From the human T2T-CHM13v2.0 reference genome, Homo sapiens, in NCBI RefSeq assembly GCF_009914755.1, contig NC_060933.1: a stretch of DNA of 64,000 bases; one strand, written 5' to 3'. The notes beneath the pieces were generated by a model. It was not told the DNA's origin. It did not search any database and saw only the letters and a list, made by a program, of their open reading frames with translations. Below are positions 29,073 through 42,199 of this stretch, piece by piece (position 1 is the first letter of the stretch; every line of letters begins with the position of its first letter). Made by a program: the position numbers and the translations under genes.

Positions 29073-30180
29073 CGGAGCTAAACTGGACAGCTACACTTAA
29101 CAGAAGAAAGTGGACATCTGCAGGCATAGAACAATAGGAGAAGACAAATGCAGAAGAAGAAAGGTTACTGATATCATAATAATCTTGACGTTTCAGAGGA
29201 GGATTTAAACTTTTCACCTGGATTTGTAATGCTCTTGGAGATGAGACATGACCTTTGGCCTAAGCCAGACAAGAGAGCTGGACCTGAGATTCCAGCACAA
29301 AGGAGATCATCATTGGATAGACACTTGATGAAGTTTTATTTTATTATTTTTGTTTTTAATAATTAGATGATTTAATTTTTTTTGGTCACTTAAGATTCAC
29401 AGGTTTGGGGTATCCTTGACTAAAAATGAAATTGCAAGAAAGAGAATAGACTGTTCTAAAATAATAGACATCAGAACCCGAAGATACACATTGCCAATAA
29501 AATATTTTTAACTCTGTGCTTAAGTGTGGTGGGAAAGTTTTAGAGATAAGATATCAAATTTTACATAATTCTTACTTTGTAACTATAATTTCTTTTACTC
29601 ACTCTTTTAATCATATAAATCAAAATCTCACAGACATTTACTAGTTAGGGATTTTTACCCCTTACATAAACAAACACTGGCTTCCTAAAGGGAATATTTT
29701 GGGTTGTCATAACTTCATTCAAGCATTTTTCAGTTAAGTTAAAAGCAAAAGTAAAATCACTGCAAAAATATAGCTGCCATTGTACATCTACTACTGCTGA
29801 GTAATAATGCATGAATGAAGACAGCCCCTTACCCATAGCCAGTCGCTTGAGAGAAACTTGAATAAGCAAATCAAGCACAAGCAACAGAGGCAGACAGAGG
29901 ATGATTGCATGGGTCGCTGAATAATTGACATTGCCTTAACAGTTGAATATTTTCAGTGTATTCTAATTCTGAGAAAAATTGTGATAAATATACACTTTTT
30001 GTCAAAATCTAGTTAAGATATCAACAACGAGCAATCAACTTGACAGAATCTGAACAGACCATATACCAGAATAACAAGGCTCTTATAAGACAAGACATTT
30101 GATACTATGTAACTTTTGGGGAAAAATTCTGAGATTCCTCAGACTCTAAACTCAAGGCTGGCTCCTACCAATAGTGTCTC

Positions 30181-30644
30181 TGTTATGGTTTGACTTGTGA
30201 CCCCCTCAAATTTGTGTACTGAATTCTTAACCCTAAGCACCACATTATACGAGCTTATTTGAAAATAGGATTGTTGCAGATGCAACTAAGATGAGGACAT
30301 ACTAGAACAGAATGGGCCTCTAATTCAATGTGACTAGTGTCCTTATTTAAAAAAAAATAAACATAGGCATGCACACAGGGATAACACCATGTGAAGTTTA
30401 AACAGGAAACTGACATGATGCAACAGAAGACCATATACTCCAAAGATTGCTAGCAAACCACCAGAAGGTACGAAAGAAGCATGAAAAATACTCTCCCAAA
30501 CAGACCTCAACATCAGAAGGAACCAACTTGACCAACAATGTGATCTCAGACATCTTGCCTCCAGAACTGAGAGACAATATATTTCCATTGTTGATACCAT
30601 GCAGTTGTGGTACTTTTATACATCAGCCCTAGCAAACTAACACA
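30181..30644 (+). mobile_element. MLT1C/MLT1B-type MaLR solo LTR
   Basis: tgttatggtttga ... cagccctagcaaactaacaca; perfect TSD GTCTC (30176-30180, 30645-30649). Confidence 0.9.
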
Positions 30645-30794
30645 GTCTCCTTCAAAATATACAAATCTCCTCTCATCCCTTTCCCCTTCATTAGCACGGT
30701 TTCTCTATTGATTCTTGCTAATATTTAGAATACCAAATTATTTGACTCTTTTGAGGCTTTCCAAAAACTAATTTAACTTTTTAGAAAAATAGTC

Positions 30795-32580
30795 ATGGAC
30801 TCTGACTGTGGTAAACAAGGTTGCTAAAAACAACTTCCTTTTATAAACAGAGAGGAATGCTGGATAAAGTAAATAGAAAAAAAAAAATGTTTTAAAGAGA
30901 CCTAATTTAAAAGGAAGGCCAATTAGAAAGAGAGCTGAAGAAGAATTTAGTAAACTAAAAAACAGAACTCAGGAAAGTATCCAGAATTAAACTCAGAGAA
31001 AGACGTAAAGATAATAGAAGTGAATACATAAAAGGTATGATGAGAACTTATAATGTGTGTACCATAGCAATTCTATAACAATAGAATAGAGAGAATAGGG
31101 GAAAAGAGGCAATATTCAAAGTGGTGGTGAATGAAAATTACCCATAATTGAAGAAAGATTGAGTCCTGAAAAAGTGTCAGTATCAAAAGTGTTAAATTAA
31201 AAAAAAAAAAAACTTAAACACTTCTTTTAGAAGAAATAAAAATAATCCAAACTTCCCAAATTCAAGAGAAAAAGTTGCCCTAAAATTCTAAGAAATAATG
31301 ACTGCCGGATTGACAGTAGTGTTAGAATCAACCACAGTTAACAAGACAGTGAAAAAATAGATTTTAAGTATTAAGAGAAAATATCTGTCAACTTAGAATT
31401 GTATACCTAGTTGGGATTTTAATCAAGAGTGAGGGCAAAATAGATATTTTTGTCCAAGGCATTATACTCACAGATTTCACTGAAAGAATACCAATAGAAG
31501 TACTTCAAGGGAATATAATTTAACTCGGAAGAAAATAGTGGAGTATAAAATAAAAATAAAACAATATAAAATAAAATAGGAATATAAAATAAATTAGTAA
31601 ATGTATTGTCTATAAAAAGTATTGATAATGATGAATTCTGACGTCTTAAATTCAAAATATAGATATGGAAGATGAGACTGGTGATTGAATTTAAAAGATT
31701 AAAGTTTTTGTATTTGGAAGAGGTTGATAGAGATATTCAGTCGTGACAGACATAGTTAACACAAGTATTAAATCATTAAATTCAAAACTGTCAAAGTATA
31801 AAAATAGAATGCATAATTTTAAATTAATAGAATAAAGGAGTAAAAAAGAAACTTGACTAACGTATTAGTCCACTTGTTCTGTTATTACAAAATACCATAA
31901 ACTGGGTAATTTATAAACAACATAAATTTATTTCTCACAGTTCCAGAGGCTACGAAGTCCAAGTTTAAGGTTCTGGCATGTGCTGAGGGCCTTCTTGCTG
32001 TGGCCTCACATGGCAGAATTTGGAAGGTGCAAGAAAGAGTGAACCCACTCCCACAAGCCCCTTTTATAGTAGCATTAATTCATTCGTGAATGTGGAGTCC
32101 TCATGACCGAAACACCTCCCGAAAGTCCCCACCTCCTAACATTGTTGCATTGGGGTTTTGGGGTTTGTTTCCAACCTATGAATTTGGGGAGTCATATTCA
32201 TACCACAGCAGCTAATAAAATAGATTGAGAAAAATAATTAAAAGAAAGCAAAGGGAAAGCATGGCATAGAAAAAAATAAAATAAAAAAATCCATATATAT
32301 TAATAGTCTCAAAAATGTATGTGGATGGAAATTTTCTGTTTAAGCTCAGAGATTTTTCAATTATATTTTTCTTAAAAACAAATAAACTCGTAATATGTAT
32401 ATAAAATACATACCTAAATAAAAGATATTCTTTCAGTAAGGTTGAAATTAAAGATATAAAAGAAGATATATTTGATAATACTAATGTAAAAAAGGTTATG
32501 CAGCCATATTAAAATATATCAACACAGATTTTAAGTAAACTACATTATTTTTATAAAGTGGGTCTTTTAATATATGTAAG
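30795..32580 (+). mobile_element. Ancient L1ME ORF1 and start of ORF2, split by an MST LTR
   Basis: agagagaataggggaaaagaggcaatattcaaag, tgtcaacttagaattgtatacctag, aggttgaaattaaagatataaaagaagatata. Confidence 0.6.
31861..32210 (-). mobile_element. MST (MSTC/MSTB2-like) MaLR solo LTR
   Basis: gtattagtcc...ataccataaactgggtaatttataaac...tctcacagttccagaggc...ccacagca; near-TSD actaa/gctaa. Confidence 0.88.
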
Positions 32581-33546
32581 TTACAGAATGGTAGATATTT
32601 GTGGTATTAATCAACATATCCTATATGTCTAGAATAGTACCTGGCACATAATAGGCATTCAGAAATGTTTGTTTAGTGAATGTTTAATAAGTACTAAAAG
32701 AAAACATTAGCAGTGAGTTAATACAATTCTCTTCATATATAATTAACAACTTGGTTTCAAAATATAAATGAACACACATTATGTTTACAAGGTATGTGTG
32801 CACACACACACATGAAATTTTAGCAAAATAAAAAAAAAAACAAGGCAAACAATTTGTGAGAAATTGTGAACCTTGTAATGAAATCCTCACTACCATCTGC
32901 CAGACTGTGTTACCTGTTTGAGCTAGACAATGTGACTGCTAAATTACAGGTACTGTGACTCATACCAATAACACTGTTGTGTAATATCATGCTTGTGTTC
33001 TCATCTTTGCTTATTTAATAATGGCATGAGGTGCATAGATAAATCAGTCATCTTGTTTAGCTGAGTCCCTGATGCTAAAAGGACAAGGTGATCTTCAAAT
33101 TCTGTTTTCAGTGTGATCATGTTGCTGTCTCCTCCACATTCTTCAGTAGCATCTGGTAAGCATGCAATGTGAATTGCTAATTCAACTCTAGCTGTAAAAT
33201 TAGTCTATGTTCAGCAGAGAGTGTAGGAGCAGCTGGTAAACAATATGAGATCCCACAGGCTCCACTAGCTGAATATACTTCAACAGGATGCCCGAGTCAT
33301 TTACTTTCCTATCTGTTTCTCTAGTGATGCTGCAAAATTTGGAAAGGGTTTCCAGACAGACAGCTAGGGTTAAGTGGTGTGGGGATGAGGGAGATAGGAA
33401 GTCTAAAAGACATCGCACAACTCTGAAAAAACAGTTTGATAAGACTGGAAACACAGGACTCGGACTCTAACCTTATTTCTTTTTCTATAACCATCATGGA
33501 AGGCTACACCTATGGTGAACTCTCCCTTTATACCATTTTTCAGTTC

Positions 33547-33889
33547 ATTTTTTTTTTCTTTGAGACAGGCTCTCTCTCTCTTTCTGTCTCTCTCTCTCTC
33601 TCTCCCTCTCTCTCTCTCTCTCTGTTACCCAGGCTGGAATACAGTGGCACAATTACAGCTCACTGCAGCTTCAACCTCTCCAGGCTCAGGCGTTCCTCCC
33701 ATCTCAGCCTCCCAAGTAGCTGGGACTACAGGAATGTGCCACCACGTCCGACTAATTTTTGTATTTTTTTGTAGAGACAGGGTTTCATTATGTTGGCTAG
33801 GCTGGGCTCGAATTCCTGACTTCAAGGTATCCACCGGTTTCAGCTTCCCAAAGTGCTGGGATTACAGGTGTGAACCACCACACTTGGCC
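33547..33889 (-). mobile_element. AluJb with internal (CT)n expansion
   Basis: TSD catttttcagttc (33534-33546, 33890-33902); J diagnostics. Confidence 0.92.
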
Positions 33890-35304
33890 CATTTTTCAGT
33901 TCTCTTTTGCATTTTTCTTCCAAATAATCTAAAGAAATAATACCATCACTATTATCACTCTTCATAACAGTTTTCAATGTGTTTGTTTAATAAAGGAATG
34001 ATCTTAGTCACTAGGACTTAGATATAAAAATGTATAGGCGTGATCATCACTCCACCAAGTAAGTGCAGAGTTTAACGATTACATTAATTCCACACTATAG
34101 AAGATTAGATGTGTGTTGCCATCACAAAGTATTCTAGTTTATTTGTATTTTGTCATTACAATGTCATAAGCTGTAGTCTTTGCCCAGGTGTACACCAACT
34201 TAACCTACTGGACTGTGATCAGAGTGTACATTAACTTTTGTTTCTTCTGTAGTTCAGTTAAAAACAAAGTCTTTTATTTCTACAATGGTTTCATTTTCCT
34301 ATCTAAAGCCCAGGTCCACTCCAATATACTTGTTAGAATAAATTATTTGAACACATTTCTGATAGCATTCAAGAAGTTTAAAACAGAAAGGAACAATAGA
34401 TAATGCAAAGTGAGAAAGAGTGAATAATAAAAATGTAGTTGCTGATATTGATGAAATGTGGTAGGAAGATAAAAACAACTCAAACTATGCAGTATTTCCC
34501 AACAGAAAACCATTTCATTCTATGTTTAAGATAATATCCAGAATGCCTGCAATGAGGTTCAGTGGTTAATTTACCTTGAAATATTGAAATGAACTCTGTG
34601 ATCTTTTAAGACAGAGAGTACCATGGGTTTGGCAGTAGGTTTAAAAAAACACTTCTCTCCTGGAGGAGGGACACATATTCTATCATAGGTTTATTTGCTT
34701 TGGTAAAAATAACAGGTCCTTATGAGGATGACTGATGTAATTAGGAAAACAATTTTTAAGAACAACATTCATTGTCAGAAAAATAGATTCTCAAGAAAAC
34801 ATGAATAGAAAAACAAGAGCAATTTTTATAATTGAGTCAACTTTCCAGATGAGGAAGAAAACTTCCGATGTGTGGCTTTCTAGTTTCAGAGCTATTAAGA
34901 GGTCTGGGAAGCCATGTCCACTAATTGTAAACAAACAAACAAAAACAAGTAATAGAGTTGGTGAAGAAATAAAAATGTGCAACTCACTTCCTTGAAACAA
35001 AATGACAAATATGCTTATTAAAACCAAAATTGACTGCATTTCCTTGGGTAAAACATAAATCATTACAGGGAGCAGATGGCCAATTTGCTATTAGAAAAAT
35101 AGAACCCACCTATTATGTTCTTGAATATGGTAAATCAGTTTCAGAGCTGAATCTTGATTAGAGTTAAAATTCAAAAACTTGGTGTATTCTGAAGTAAGAT
35201 ATATTGGAAACATATCTTAGTAACTTAAGAGAGGCATGGAGAGCTGAGACAGGCTGTTTTCAGAGGAGAGAAGCTGCCTCCATAATATGACTGCAGACTG
35301 AAGC

Positions 35305-35709
35305 CATTATAGAATGGGTGCATTCCTGGAAGCACACACTAAAACAGAGTTTGGGGTACAAAATGCTGATTAGGCATTGATATCTGTGAAAAGAAGGGTA
35401 AGAAGCAGGATTAGGAAGGGAAAGAAGTTAAATTGTGATGCCAATCAACAAAGCATCTGCTAGGGAACTCTGCAGTGGATATTACCTTCCAAAGTTGTCT
35501 TGCAATGGATGGAAATGGCCATACCTTTTCCACTCACTTATCAGGTGCTGGATGGGTAAGAGGTACAGCAAGTCTGTCCTCTATAGGTAAGGTAGATCCT
35601 GAAAAAAAAACAGGCAGCTGCAAGCTATCTGCTGATAGCTCTCCCTGCAGCTGGACATCAAGGTCTTCTTGAGTCAGAATCTGGGCAATACATCTTCCTA
35701 TCTACCAGA
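35305..35709 (-). mobile_element. LTR16A-like ERVL solo LTR
   Basis: ttcctggaagcacacactaaaacagagttt...gaagcaggattagg...ctgctgatagctctccctgcagctgg...atctgggc. Confidence 0.75.
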
Positions 35710-36001
35710 GAGGCCTAAGGAAAGATGGCCCTCTGAGAGGCTCTTGTGCCAGGTAAGAGATCCAAATACATGAAGATTAATGATTATTGTAGTGAATTGC
35801 GGATTTCTTCCCTTACCTAAAGGCATTCCCATTCAATTAAAAAAGAATTGAACTCAAACTCAAACTGGTAGTATAGTATACAACACAAGGATAGCCAGAA
35901 AATACCAGAATAATGAGGCCTAAGAAGAAAATTTAAGTTCTTTTTTTTAATGGTAATTTATATAGCTGATCCTTTACCCCATCACCACTGATTAACCCAG
36001 A

Positions 36002-36188
36002 AGAGTTGTTCTCTTTGGTGTAATTAAGAATTATTTAAGGAACTTGTAGAAAATACAGATGTTTAGTTGTGATTTCCATGGATCGTGATTCATGAGAGCA
36101 GTGATGTGTTCAGGGATTCCACGTTAGTATCCTGGTTATGCTGAGGTGAGTGAAACAGTGCATGAACCACACTTGGAGAACAACATGC
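36002..36188. mobile_element. MER5-family hAT-Charlie element
   Basis: agttgttctc...agaattatttaaggaacttgtagaaaatacagatg...accacacttggagaacaac. Confidence 0.6.
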
Positions 36189-37250
36189 CTAAAGCTTCAG
36201 TAAACTCTGTTACATGCCACACTCCCGTAATTCAGGGTCTGAAAGAAGAGGATGTCTAGGAATGGGCAGAAAGGAGCAGAACACGACGTGTAGGGCACAG
36301 AAAACAACAAGGAAAAGCACCAGAGGAGATCAGGCTTCAGTGACAAATATGGTAAAACATGTCCTTTGCCAAATGCACTAGACGATCTGGGAGCAGGCAT
36401 TTCTAAAACACAAATAATGGGCAAAATGACGTATTTAGTACTTCAGGAAATAGCAATTGCATATAAAGACAGTAGGGAATATGAGACTTCAAAATCACCC
36501 AAATGTCTTTAGCAGATTTAACAAGCCTCTGACTTTCCCACTTACAAGTTGATCAGTCCAATAAATGTCTATTTAAACTTATGTTTTACTTAGCTTATAA
36601 CCAAATTCTCATAAATTTCCTTTATACCTTAATGTAGAATAGCATATCTCTGGAACCAAGAGAAAGTTTTAAGGTCTACTTGTTACCCCTTTTTCAATGG
36701 CTTTAAAATATTTTATTCATAATTAGAAAGACAGTTCTGGATTATCAAGCGCAAGATCTCTTCATTTACGCCTTGTGAATAAGTTTGACACATTTATGTA
36801 GAGCACTGAATAATTTAGTGAACTGAGACCACTTGGGACTGAGCAACACTCGTATTTGGACTGCCTCAGAATTTTTATGAATTTTGAGTTTAAGCCCAGA
36901 AACAGTGACAAAAAAGTGTTAACAAAAAAAGGTATATGAATGTATAAAAAAATCTCCTTACTTTTTCTATATTTAGTGTGGGTCTACATGCTTTTTAAAT
37001 AACCCTGAACACAAAACACTTAAGAATGCTTGAAAGATTGTAGAACATTCATTTTAAATAAAACATATTTCCTTGCTTTTAATCAATCTAAAAGTAGGTG
37101 TTGCTTCATTAATTTCAAACACATTAGGTATTAGAATGTGAAAGGAGGGGGTTAGAAGGCACCTGATGACATACTTAAGTTTAATAAGATCTTGATTGTG
37201 ATGTTAAATCATAAAAACAAGCAATTATGAATCTAACAAAAAGTATTTTA

Positions 37251-37563
<313 letters not shown>

Positions 37564-38179
37564 TAATAATTGCTCAAACTATAATGGCATAATTTTGAAG
37601 ACCTCATTTTTATGGAATAGAGTTGCCAGTTCTGTAATCTGAGACTTCATAAATTAAAAACTACTGTATCTGGAAATCATACCTGTAATGCAGTGACAGC
37701 TCTCTTGACTTTCACTTAGTTGGTGCTGGTTAACAGTATCTTTTCCCTGGCCTTTGTAACCCACACTGACTGATATACCAGGTACACCGAACCCTCTCTG
37801 TTGTTGATTACTCACTCATGTTCATGACTTCTGTTGATCAATGAGGCCTTCAATCAACAAAAACAATTGCATTTGCAAAGGACCTACCATGGAGTCCAGA
37901 GTGGGCATTCCCACCCATGTTAGTATCTTTCTCTTTCTTTCTCTCTGTTAAAAAGTCAGAAGCTGTTACAACAAGAATAGCAAAATGCATTACTAGCATC
38001 ATATTAAAAATGCCATAAGGCAATATATGTGAGTACACTGAATATAAAAATAAAAATAAAATACTATTATATGATATTATGTTATATATTATATTATATA
38101 CTCTACTATATTCTATTATTATAATAAGAAAGCACAACAAACAAAGAATACCTAAAATATAAAATTAGGAATTCCATGG

Positions 38180-38490
38180 GTCTCTTGTTTTTGAATTGGG
38201 GGAACTTAAACGGTCATCTAATCTCAATCCTTTTAATTGCCAAATTAGAAAACGGACTCAGAGGAGTTAATATCTATAGATTACTTATTTTGGAAGAGGT
38301 ACTATGTTAATTATGTTATATATATTCTTTATAGTCATTGTCAAAGCAACCCTAAAACAATTATTATTTGCATTTGAGAATTATTCTCTGCACTTTACAG
38401 ATGAGCAAGGGAGGCTTGCTAAGGGTTTTTAGCGGCAGAGATTAAAATCACTTCTAACTTACACCCAAACTCACTTTTTCCTGCCTTACA
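38180..38490 (-). mobile_element. MIR fragments
   Basis: ggtcatctaatctcaatcc...gaaaacggactcagagg; ctttacagatgagcaagggaggc. Confidence 0.45.
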
Positions 38491-39355
38491 TCATATTGTA
38501 TAAAGGGACCGATAAGGATTTTAACTGAACTGAGGGGAGGCAGACAAGGTAGTGATTCATTTATGTTAGCTTTAATTAAGAAGAGTTCCATGATAAACCC
38601 AAAGACTTTAGAGGCCAGTCAGGAGACCTAAATATGTGAAGGAGTAATGATTACTAAAGAGCATTGTGAATTTCTACCTAAAGACATTTCTGTTCAATTT
38701 TTAAAATATGAACTGGCCCAATTAAAATATATCTGCTGGATGGTTACCCATTTGCAACTTATGAAAGAGAGCAAAGGTAAGGGATCTGCAAAAATAAGTC
38801 TGGAAAACATCCTAGGCTTGGGATGGAGGCACTATAATATATGGGAAGGTACAATAAACAGATGAACAATTAAAGAATCAGGGGCTGGCTGGTCTTAACC
38901 ATATCAAAGAAGTATGTATTTAGTTATTCCATATATATAGGGAGGGCAGACTTGGTAGTACAAGTGAAAGGAGAGGAAAAAGAGGGGGGGAACTTTTAGT
39001 GGTCCTTAGGTGCTAGCCTGGGTATTTGTATTTTATTAGAATGAAGAAAGGACCCACTTAGAAATATGCCAAATACTTCCCTATTGTATTCTAGGTATAC
39101 TTACTGTATATTGTGCCTTTGGAAAAGCCTTTACATTTTACAGATTGGTTCACTAATATTTATTGAAGATAAATAACTTCCTCAATGTCATAAGGTAGAA
39201 AGTGGGTGAGTAAACTTTTAAATTGTATCTGTCTGGTTCCTGAAAGAATCCACACAACATTATACCATACAGTTTTCTGTAGAAAATACTCACTTTTATA
39301 TTCTATGTCACTACTACTCTAAGTATTCTTCACATATTAGCTAATTTTATCTTCA

Positions 39356-39420
39356 TAAGGCACAGAAAGACAAATACTTCATGATCTCACTTATATGTGG
39401 ACTCTAAAGAAGTTGAACCA
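39356..39420 (+). mobile_element. Short L1MA ORF2-end/3'UTR fragment
   Basis: ggcacagaaagacaaatacttcatgatctcacttatatgtggactctaaagaagttgaac. Confidence 0.65.
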
Positions 39421-39531
39421 GTGGTACTCTTTACCAAGAGTAAAATATGCTGATAAATTAAGGGAGGTGTGAAAAAGAAAAAAGGCCTTTAGATCGATTA
39501 GTTTTCTTTTAATATAAATAGGTTTTGGTAG

Positions 39532-40177
39532 TGTAGGGGTAGACAGACAGGACAGCTTTCCTCACCCATCATAAGGATCATAGCTGACACTACTATAGCA
39601 AAAGGCAGGTTAATAAGAGAAGAGCATTAAAAAAATATTTAATCAGTTCTATGTGACATGGGAGCCTTCAGCAATGTAGACCAAATTAGGTTAGATGAAG
39701 GATAAACAGCCATGCAAAAATGTGATTGGACAAAAAGGGAATGATCTAATGGTAATAGACTGAGTGAGGGAACTCAGCAAGGCTTGTTTGTTCAGATTCT
39801 TCTTAAACTCTCTGTGTAGTATTTTTCTCCTGAGTATAGGGCAGGACCCATTCTGAAATGAGGGTCTTATGATCTATTATTAGACAAGCTGGGTCAAACA
39901 ATTTCATTACAGCCAGCTCCTACACAGAAAGGTGGAAAAAGGTTAAAGTAATATTTCTAGGTTTTATGGCTGGCTTTTGGGGAAAGTAGTTCTGGAATTC
40001 TAGTTTCTGTGGCCTGCCTTGAGGGAGAAAAGGGAGCAGGAGAAAGAAGGGCAAGAGAATGTCAGAAAGAGACTCTGTTTCTGACACCCTTCTGAGACCC
40101 TTCCAATGTCCTTCAGTTCAAACTACTCAGCATTCCAAAATGCCACACTCTGGGGTATCATTTTCTGAACCCCAATA
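39532..40177 (-). mobile_element. MER39-family ERV1 solo LTR
   Basis: Ends tgtagggg / ggggtatcattttctgaaccccaata; perfect 4-bp TSD GTAG (39528-39531, 40178-40181), the ERV1-type length. Confidence 0.8.
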
Positions 40178-41249
40178 GTAGATCAGTTAAATTAGAGAAG
40201 TAGAATGATAATGAGGACAAATCTCTGTGACCGAACTCTCAAAGTCTTTTAACCTTTCCCCTAAGTTGCATTGAAAGTCTTACCCTCTAATTCCCATCAA
40301 TTATTTCAGAACTGCAGGAAAAATTGACTGGGAAAAGTTGGTGGGACAAATTGAATCCATCAAATAATTCCAAGTGAAATACTAGAAAAAGGAAGGTGGG
40401 CATTGTGATCCTGAGACACTAAACATGTCTCCATTTGTTCTATATCAATATTCCACTGCTTTTTGCCAGCATCTGAAGTTACGTTGTTTACCAGCTAGTT
40501 TATTTGTGAAATCGAGTATTCTCCCTGTATTACTACTATGTGAAAAGGGTACAAAGCAGGCATACATCTTTTTCTATAACCGTCCTTTCATTTTTTTCAC
40601 AAGTTTTAGTAGATACATTTACAGAAACCCTTATATGTAAAGAAGTCTTAGTAATGTGATTTAATGAAAACACTTAATTTGGGAAGAGACCCTTTAAAAT
40701 GTTCCATTTGCATCTCTCTGATATAAATTTCAATATCAAAATTCCATCAACAGCAGGGGAAAAACTGCCATTAACTAGAGATAGCAACTTTGCTCTTAAT
40801 AGAAACACTAAATTACTGCTCTAAGAGCTAAACTACATATAAAACAACTTTAGTTCTTTAAGAAAGGGTGAGCAACATTTTATTTTCGAAAGGAACATAT
40901 GTTATTTTCATTTGCCTTAAATGACACATGGAAATTAAGAAGCCTACCATTAAATAGGCAAACGATTTACAAGAAATGAAATACAGTGCTAACAAAAGTT
41001 CAAATGGATCTGGTTTCAAGATTTGAAAATGGAATATTACTCATAATAAAAAGGAAAGGAGTAGGAAACTGGGCTTAGTGCCCATTAAGAAGGTAAACTT
41101 GAGAATGACAAAAGGCTGAACATATACAGAGTGAATGGTGAATACAAAGCTGAAACCAATGTCTTCATCTGTATTGCCTTTGAAGAAAATAGGGGGAAGA
41201 GCATAGGTAAGTTTCTAAGTTGTTATACAAATTTCAGTAAAATAGTCAA

Positions 41250-41660
41250 TATTAGTATTTTATGGTACTTTTGGTTACAAGTAACAAAATCAGACTCTGG
41301 CTACCTTATGCCCAAAAGAAAATTTATTAGAAGAAGCTAGAGTATATAACAGAATGCAGTGAAAATCCACCCAAGGAAGCTATGGAAAAGCAGGAACCTG
41401 GAGAGCTCACAGATCCTCCCTAGAGATGTTAAGGAAACTTTCCTTTAAGGAACCGTAATAAGCCTGCCAGAGTTTCAAGAAGTTCAAATCCTTTTATCAC
41501 TCAAATATCAACTTTATATTAAAGTTAGGTGTCCATTCTTTGATCAGCCAAATGCATCTAAGGGACTGTTACGTAGGATAAATGAAGCAACTGGGGCTTA
41601 CACCTGTTTGAGGGGATATTCCCATAGTAGACAAGGTTTTGAACTGGCATTTCCTACTAC
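41250..41660 (-). mobile_element. Old MLT1 (K/L/N-like) LTR remnant
   Basis: ggtacttttggttacaagtaacaaaatcagactctggctacctta...aatttatt; right boundary uncertain. Confidence 0.45.
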
Positions 41661-41748
41661 ACAGTAAACGTAGTTACACTAATGAAAAATAAAAACAAAA
41701 GTTGATACCTGAACACCACATTACATTTATCATTCAAGAATTATTTGG

Positions 41749-42105
<357 letters not shown>

Positions 42106-42199
42106 CTACCTCAGGGAGTTACTATAAAAATGTAGACACATGAAGTTGTTACCACTTCGTTTAACAACTTCACCCAAGGGATATTAACTTTATTCTTAA

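Noticed and set aside
41131-41215. Consensus donor TAG|gtaagt
   Set aside because: No credible upstream acceptor or promoter.
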